Positions 53,001 through 62,000 of a DNA stretch of 64,000 nucleotides are shown in pieces (the first letter of the stretch is position 1; each line of letters starts with the position of its first letter). The DNA is from Negaprion brevirostris. Taxonomy: Eukaryota. Position numbers and translations under genes: made by a program. Where the stretch lies: NCBI GenBank assembly GCA_030324005.1, contig JARDVH010000097.1:12982459-13046458 (forward strand), written 5' to 3'. The notes beneath the pieces were generated by a model that saw only the letters and a list, made by a program, of their open reading frames with translations, was not told the origin of the DNA and ran no database searches.

Positions 53001-56000
53001 TTGCACATTCTCACAGTGTCTGTGTGGGTTTCCTCTGGATGCTTCGGTTTCCTCCCACAGTCCAAGAATATACAGGTTGCGTGGATTAACCATGATAAAT
53101 TGCCTCTTCGTGTCCCAAGATGCACAAGTTAGGGGGATTAGCCATGGTAAATAGGTGGGGTTACAGGGTTAGGGCCTGGGTAAAGGTGCTCTGTCAGAGG
53201 GTCAGTGCAGACTCAATGGGCCAAATGGCCTCCTTCTGCATTGCAGGGATTCAATGAAGAAGACTGAGATAACAGCCTCCAGGTCGTCTACCAAAATGAA
53301 GGAAACAAAAACCTCAAATTAAAGCAAGTACCAATAATGGGTGACAAATGCCACCAAATCAATAAGTATTGATAGCTAGACTCGTGGGGTGTGGGTGGTG
53401 GTGTGTGGAAATACAGCAACAACAGTGGAGTTAGGCCATGGAATTCAGCAAGAGTGCGTGATGGAACACAATTTAAACAAGGCTAATTAATGATCCACTG
53501 TCCAGTCTTATCAAGATGGGGGTATGCCAGCATTGGACTGGCGTAAACACAGTAAAAAGTCTGACAACACCAGGTTTTAGTCCAACCGATTTATTTNNNN
53601 NNNNNNNNNNNNNNNNNNNNNNNNNNNNNNNNNNNNNNNNNNNNNNNNNNNNNNNNNNNNNNNNNNNNNNNNNNNNNNNNNNNNNNNNNNNNNNNNAACT
53701 CTCCATTCACCTGACGAAGGGACTAACCCCGAAAGCTTGTGAGTCTATTATCAAATAAATCGGTTGGACTAAAGCCTGGTGTTGTCAGTCTTATCAAACC
53801 ATACAATGCAGAAGGAGGCCATTTGTGATCATCATGGAAATGTTTAATTTAAATTCAAAGCAAGGCAGGAAATCTTGTTGTCTCTGAGACATTCATGAAT
53901 AATATTAATGCTAAACTCAATCATTTAACATGATATTCAGTTTTGTTTTTTCTGCACTTGTAAGAATCAAAGTTTTTTTCAATTTAACTATAGAACAGCA
54001 GGAAAATGGAAAAACCACCTTTAATGTGGTTGGAAAAGAAACCTCAGAATGCTACAGCTGTGCAAGAGCTTCTAATTAACACAAGCATAGCTATGACAGC
54101 ATAGCAGGTGTTGTCCTTTGGGGGTAAAGTGTCCTTAAAATGTTTCTAAGCTGTTTCAGATGTTGATCCAATTGTAAATCTGGTTATTTTCCTCTACTGG
54201 ACTGGAGAAGATGTCACTGAGTTGCAACTATTGATTTAATAAAAAGGTAAGATTGCCATGGTCCCAGACAACCATTAGTTCCTCTCCCCCTGACAGGTGG
54301 TGGTGATTTAACCCCAGGATCACCACATTTCAGGCAAGGGACAAGGTTGAGAAGGTGGGTCTTCATGAATAACCTCAGCCAGTACAGTAATTAAACCCAT
54401 GCTGTTGGCATCACACTACATCACCAACTAGCTACCCATCCAACTGAGCTAAACGTTGAGTTTAATACATCATATACTCATGCAAAGACAAATGAATTAT
54501 GCAGGTTGTGAGACTAGACCCAATCCCCACTGTTCAAGTGATGCACTGTAAAACTTTACACAAAAATAATCAAATTAATTTGTATAATACAGAACCACTC
54601 TGAAGCTCGAGTAGAAACTCTTGTCACTCTATTGCATTTGTCCTATAGGTTTACAGTGACAATCAAATTAACTAATATTTACAACTGTACTTGTGACTTT
54701 CAGTAATATATGCTGCATATTAATTCACATGCCAGTAGCTCAACAAATGTCTAAACCTATAATTTGTTAGTCATCATGCTCTGAAGTACAATATTCAAAT
54801 TCAATAGAACTGAAAACATGATAATCATGGGCAACTTCAGCATTTGATTTTCAGTGTTTATTTTTGCATTAATAATAGAAAACAAATTTTTCAAATACAA
54901 GGCTTCGTAAACATAGCAACAAGTAAAGGATAAAGCACTGGGGCATCTGAGCTGCCAGGAATTTTAAAAAAAGTGAAGTAAACATAGCTTTTCAAATACC
55001 GACATTTCGGATTTCCCCAAGTTGACAGAGAAGTTAAATGAAAACAGAAAATGCTGGAAAAACTCAGCAAGTCTAGCAGCATCTGTGGACAGAGGAGCAA
55101 GGATTAACATTTCCAGTCCGTGTGATTCTTCTTCAGGACACAGGGTTGCCCGATTGTGTCTACAAGTTGAAAATCCAAAAAATGACAGAAAATAAAATTA
55201 TGCTCAAACTTTCTATTGCAGGGAACCATTGCAAGATTACCTCCAAATTACATCATACACAGGATCCAAGCAAACTCCAAATCCTCGCAAGTCTTCCTGC
55301 TCTGAATCATTAAATGTCCTGCAGCTTCCATCCAGCTTATTGATTAATAGACATTTAAAGGGCGGTGGCTCAGTTATGGATGCAGGTACCAAACCTATTC
55401 AGACAAATCACAGATCAGACTCCCGTAAGACATTTAGCCATATCATTACACCTCTTCAAAAAAATTTCAGATTTTAAATACAACTAGAAATCAAGACCTC
55501 ACCCCTATATTTCCCCATTCCCAGCAACTTAACCTACAGCTTACCTTCTAGTCTATGTGGCTAATACAAAACACCGTACAGATAATTTAACCTCTGGTTT
55601 GTCTTGGTACAATTTAATTCCACTTAAAATGAAAGTCTTGTGCTTTGTGGTACATTATTCAGATTATACGTTGATGAAATCTAACGTTTTGAAGCCTTAC
55701 TTCAATTTGCAATGAGGTCACTTCTGTTAATATTTTAGAAAATTCACAACACATTGAGCATCAAAGAAAGAAATCAGTCTTGCCTATAATGCTTCTGCTA
55801 GCAAAGATTTCTGAAGTTGATAAAACATGCGAATTAATAAGTGCTTCATCAATGCGGAGGAAAGTCTGGTCACCACTCGCACCAATCCAGGTAGCCTTTC
55901 TGCCATACTTTGATCCTATATTGGGCATTGCAGATGGTCTTGTGTTCCAGAAGGGTACATCCAAAATTGGTCTACCGAGCTGCCCTTTCTACAAGGGACA

Positions 56001-59000
56001 AAAAAAATTTCATTTTCACTTCCACGAATATGAATTTGATGGACAGCTTGCATTTATGTACCTCTTTTAAAATAGAAATGTATCCCAAGGCACTGTATCC
56101 CAATTTTAATGCGTAAGTTAGGAGTCGACAGGGAGGGAGAATGAAGTAAAGAGTCTTGATACTGGAGAGATTATGGGGCCAGAATTTCATTTCAGGACTA
56201 AATAAAACCCAGTGTTCAAGAACAATGTGGTGTAATTTTAAATCATTACTTTACACTTTCAAAATGTACACACTTCATCTGAATTTTTTTCCCAGATCAA
56301 TTTTACGCTTAGTAACGGGAATGATGACCGAGATCAAAACACTTCTGACGTACAGATGAACCCTAAATAATCTACCATGATAGGGTAAAGCTCAAAAGCC
56401 ACAGTTACAATTGAGCATTTAAATCTTAATTCTGAAAACATATAACCTATGAAATGTTTAGGTTCATTGCTCAAGAGGGGGTTAATTTGTTAGATGGCAC
56501 TTAGGCTGGGGGTGTAATACCAGCCTGCATTTGAGAGCAATACAAAATTGAGGAATTTCTCCATGTTAAGATTTATTCCATATAATCTACAGTACGAGAT
56601 TATACAGCAGAAATTTATGTGTCTTAAAAACCATTCCATTTTCTTTGACACATTGCATGCAAAATATTTTATGGTCATACAATTATCTTCAGTACACTCC
56701 CCTTTATTGAAAAATTGCATAAAATAGCAAGCAAATGATAAGAAATATATTCTTACAGAGAAGCTTCCAAATGTGAAGACTTGTCCATCTGCTAACAGTA
56801 GGGCTGTATGGTTACTGCCTGCAGTTACTTGGGTGCAAGGAGCTGGTAAGTCCTGCACCAATGTCGGCGCACCTCTGAAACAAAAAATATATTTAGCAAG
56901 GTACCAGTCTTGTCCGGTAATGCACATTCCTATCTCAAAATACCATGAATACAAAGTTTTCACTTTTATTTATTACCTTGAATTTACATCTCCATGTCCA
57001 AGTTGACCATGTTGTCCATATCCAAATGTATACACATCACCATTCTCCATCAGAATCACTGTAGATTATTTGGAAAACATTAAAACCCTTGGAGTAATAA
57101 TTTGAGTACCAGTAGCATATAAATATTTATTCCTCTGAAAAAAATGCAAATTATATTGACTAGTGCAAATCTAAATATTCACCTAATTTATGAATTCCCA
57201 AGCTTTTATAATTACTGGATATTAAAATTTTCTAGTTGGGTTACAATTGAAAAGAAACTTGGCTCCTCCAAGAAAGATTGGAGGAGTTTAGCCAGCTAGC
57301 AGCTTAGTCACAGCCTAAAACGGCTGCAAATGAAATGTTTACTCTGTCCTGAAGCCATAATTCAGTGTCCTTGTATTTTGAGAGTGAGCATGGGATGGGA
57401 AAAGAGGATGGTGGGGATCAGGAAGTGAAAGAGGAAAGGAAGGAAATATAGTCAACTCCTTATTACAACACAGTGAAAATGATTGGTCATGTTTGCATAC
57501 GCATAGAGGTCAGGCAAAAAGCTAAGGCAGAATATTACAGTGATGTCCACCATTAGCAAAATGAGCATCTCAACACGCACTGAAGTTTAGTGATAAACAA
57601 TAATCATGTAGGAAGGGTTGCAAAGAATGAACCATATCCCAGGAGATGCAATGTGTTTGAGGGAAGGTGTGGGAAAGCAAAAAAAAGGAAAGAATTTTTA
57701 AAAGTTGCAAATAGCTCTGTTTGAACATTACTTGAAATTCAAGTACTAATGTTCCCAAATGGATAATTACTTCAGCCGCAACAAATTAGTTACTGCAATT
57801 GTCTGTGTCTTGGGAATATGTTAAGACAAACAGATCAATAGGTGACCTTTCGGCTATGGATCTCTCATGAATCTATGAATCAACACCTTTGAAACACACA
57901 GAAAGGCACAATCATGACATCTTGTTCAGCAACACCGAACTAAATGTAATGCATTTGAACTTCAACACCCAATTAACTGAATCTAAATATGGTAGAAATT
58001 AATTATTGCTCCTTAGTTGACCTAACAGGACTTTGTACTTCGCTGGTATATTAGCACAGCCTGAACGACTTGATTAATATAACACAGAAGATTGATCGCC
58101 ACAAACTTATGAATGCCTTTACCCAGAGTTAAAACTTAAAAAAATGACCACGTGGAATATCTAGCCAGACAAGTTATGCTCAGTCGAATTTTATGCCAAT
58201 TTTCTACTCAGAATTACCAATAAACCCCTCAATTTGTAACTGATAACAAGAACATAGTTCCTTAGGAGATACACAACTCTTGTAAAACTATTGTGAATTA
58301 TGCTAGAATTATACTGCTTTTAAACAAGTTTTCATCAAGATGACAGTACTGCAGACTTTATGTGTTATCAACAACTTCAGAGTTGAAATAACTTAATTGC
58401 GATCTGATTTTTTTTTAAATAGGTGAATCATTTTACCGATTCTTTAGAAATAAAGTACACTTAAACACCTGGCAACAGACATTTTAAAATAAGGAGTCCA
58501 CAGAAACACTGGGGTGAACTTATGGATATACTCAAAATCCTTAAAAAAAACTAACTTCTGAGAACCTGCTTGCCTTGACACAAGGAACAACAAGGGACCG
58601 TGAGATTAAACTCAAATTGGAAGACAGAGATAAATTCAAAGTAATGTCTTGTAATGAGTTGGTGAATCTTCTGAATGGACTGCCCAGGAAAGTGATTAGA
58701 AATTTTTAAGTGGGTCAGTCAGTCAGTCATCTGGCAAGAAGCATAACTGAAAAAACCATAATGAACTATGTGTTTGAACAGGGAGATGGACCAAAATGGT
58801 CATGTCCAGTAATGTACATTCCCATTTCAAAAGAGACTGCACTTAAAGTAAGTCATTGGATATGGAGCATTTGCAGATTTCCAGAGCACATTTGCTTCAT
58901 TCAAATAATCGTGTATTATGCATACCTGAGTGATGGAATCCACAGCTAACCTGGATTGCTTGAAGCTCATAGTCAAGACAGAGAGCACCTGGAGGATATG

Positions 59001-62000
59001 TTGCAATCTTGCTGGTGTCTTTATCCCCCCTTTCTCCATTAGCATCTGAAAATAAATGTCCAATCACACACAGTAATCCACATATCTACACAGAGCAAAC
59101 GGTTATAACAGTTGAGTCCGATATTTATGGGAGACTCAACTATAACACACAGCAACTTAGGTTTCATCATAAAGCCAAAACACACTTTTTGCAAATATAA
59201 TGCAAATTTTAAAAACGTAGTCTTTGTTCTTCTATTCAACTTATATTGTGGCTGTGCATTATTTATTTGCTATTACACTTCCTTGATTCGGTAACTTCTA
59301 TCATTAAAGAGATAGCAATGAAAACACACCAAAAATGCTAATTTGTCAAAGGTTTCTATAATGTAATTACGTCAAGAACTGCAGCTACTTGGATCATGAT
59401 AAATTATTTGACGTGCAAAGTGAAAGGAACAAATTTCTGTACCATGTCCATTGATCTCAAAAAGTTCACCTAAATAACCTTTGTTAGAAGAAAGGGCAGC
59501 AAATATGTGAAAGCCTTCAGATATAAATGTTCCCCTGGAGGAATATATAAATAAAAACTAAATAAAAATCATTGGTTTGGCTGTCCTCGCTCTCTGAAAG
59601 TTCAACCTCCACATGCAAATGCAGCAATATACCAAAGCAATAGCCCTCTGAGTCGGTCGCACCTTGCCGGTTCCTTGATCACCATTTGTTTTGGTCAGTT
59701 AAGTGTGTGATGCATACAGAACCCAGCAGTTTAGGAATCTGGAAATCAAACTACCGAAAAATCCAAACTTTGGAAGGGTTTTCTCTCACTTCCTTGCTGC
59801 TAAAATACATTGCACTTATTCAAGTTTGGGAAGCTCAGGTTCAGGTTGGCAAAGCCAACGTTTAAAACTGCATTAAAGGTTAAAACACAAACAGGTCTAT
59901 TCTCTACATGAAACTCTCTCTTACCTGACTATCATACCCTTCAATTTATTTTTCCTCTTTTGTACTTGCACAGCTTCCACAAGTGCACTTATGCTAACTG
60001 CCTCAACAAATCCACGCACCAGCAAGTTATAAATTCTAACCACTCTTGGGATAAAGAAGCTTCTTGAGTTTTTAAGTGACTGTATTAAATGACCCTAGTT
60101 TTGGATTTCTCAAGTGGAAACATCTCTTACATAAGTGACATTTGTGTCACACAAGGGCAAGGCGATGACCATCTCCAACAAGAGAATCTAACCATCATCT
60201 CCCAGCATTCAATGGCATTATCATCACTGAATCCCCCATTATCAACATCTTGGGGGGGGGGTTACATAACTGCCACGGTAGTTACACAGCTGTCAATTTC
60301 TGGTCAAAGAAGTTGGGAATTCTGTAGTCAGTAAGTCACCTCTTGACTACTTAAAGCCTGCCCAACATCTACAGAGTACAAGTCAGAAGTCTGATGGGAA
60401 TATTCTCCACTTGCCTGAAGCACAACTCCAACAACAGTTAAGACGCTCGACACCATCTGGGTCAAAGCAATCAGGCTGACTGACTCCCTATCCACCATTT
60501 TCAATGTTCATTCCCTGCATCACTGACCCAAGTGGCAGCAGTGTGTACCATTTACAAGATGCACTGTAGAAGCTCCAAGGCTACTTCCACAGCACTTTCC
60601 CAATCTGTGACCTCTACCACCTACAAAGGATGTGCAAAGCAGATGCAAGGACAGACACCTTCTCAGATGCAAACCNNNNNNNNNNNNNNNNNAAAACTTG
60701 CTCATAAATAAGATTTCTTATTGACAATTTTCTGCGTCATCTAAAGGGAAGACTATCCAAGGGGCATAAAAGCAAAATATACTGCAGATGCTTGAAGCTG
60801 AAACAAAAACAGAAAATGCTAGAAAATCTCAGCAGGTCTGACAGCATCTGTGGGGAGAAAACAGGGCCAACATTTCAAGTCTAGATGATCCTTCGTCAGA
60901 GAATAAGAATTAAAGTCCACATTGGTCAAAACCAGATGGACTGCAGACTTAAGTATAAATAAAGTGAGAAACCTGAAGAACTCCAAAATATCTTCACTAC
61001 AAGTGTCCCAGAACTGTGGCATGGCCCAAACTCATTTTGAATGAAGAAACTATCAAGAACCACTGACTTGTTCTGGTGTGGGAGGTAAGTGACTGGTGTG
61101 TTTCTGGTCAAAGTAGCAAAGATGAAAGACTGGTGCAGCTCAAAAGGGGATGAGGGGAAGCACGTGACAGGAAGTACCACAAAGTGTTCACAAATCTTTT
61201 TGAAGCGATCCCAGTACCTTTTATTTGTGGATACTAACTCAAGTTCTAATATTCAACATGTGATTTGTAAAGTGCACAGTCAGATTTATTTTCCATTATA
61301 AAAGCAAAGAGTATTTTCTTCAGAAGAACAAGCACAGGCCAAATAAAATTGAGGGAATTTAGATTTTTAACTTCAGATGCTATAAATAAGGCAAGTCAAA
61401 AATATCTGTGTTATATGGCTGTATGATTACTACCAATTGCCAGAATCCTGTTCACTCAATCTCAATAGTTTAGAAATGAACTTTAAAAAAGCATCAGGAT
61501 CTGAAAATAAAGCGTTGCCACTAGGATTTCAGTGAAGTCAAAACTGTGTAAAACATTCATATAGTGGTACTTTGAACTGTAGAAAGTCACCCAACAATGC
61601 AAATATATTTCCACATTTCTGGAGAAGTACATATTAATACAAAGTGAGAGTGGTCACCTGTCAGTCTAGCAGGAACAACTTGTGGCGATGATTTATTTGA
61701 AAGCATCATGCATATTAAAGCCTAAATGCAATTAAAGCTGAAGTACAATCAAAAAGTATGTTAATGCCAACATGAAAGAAGCCTGGTGACAACGCTACAG
61801 TTAACAAGTGCATTCAATCCTAAAGAATTTTTAGTCCAGGGGAAAAAAGGGTTGCTGAACCAGAACTCAATGCAGTGTTATGTCCAAGTTGGTCAAATCA
61901 ACGAGTAACTAAATTGAAGTTCAGTCACTACTTTTTTACCAAATACAGATTAATTCCTGAGATTGGTTTCTAAATGCAGATATATTTTAATCAGACTGAG

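Noticed and set aside
2365-53093. Recurrent short ORFs such as MAQWLALLP...[12 protein letters not shown], and tRNA-like A/B boxes
   Set aside because: Translations and heads of HE1-like SINEs, not genes or functional tRNAs.
2770-60692. ORFs containing X runs
   Set aside because: Artefacts of the 10 assembly gaps, several of which sit inside LINE or Penelope copies.
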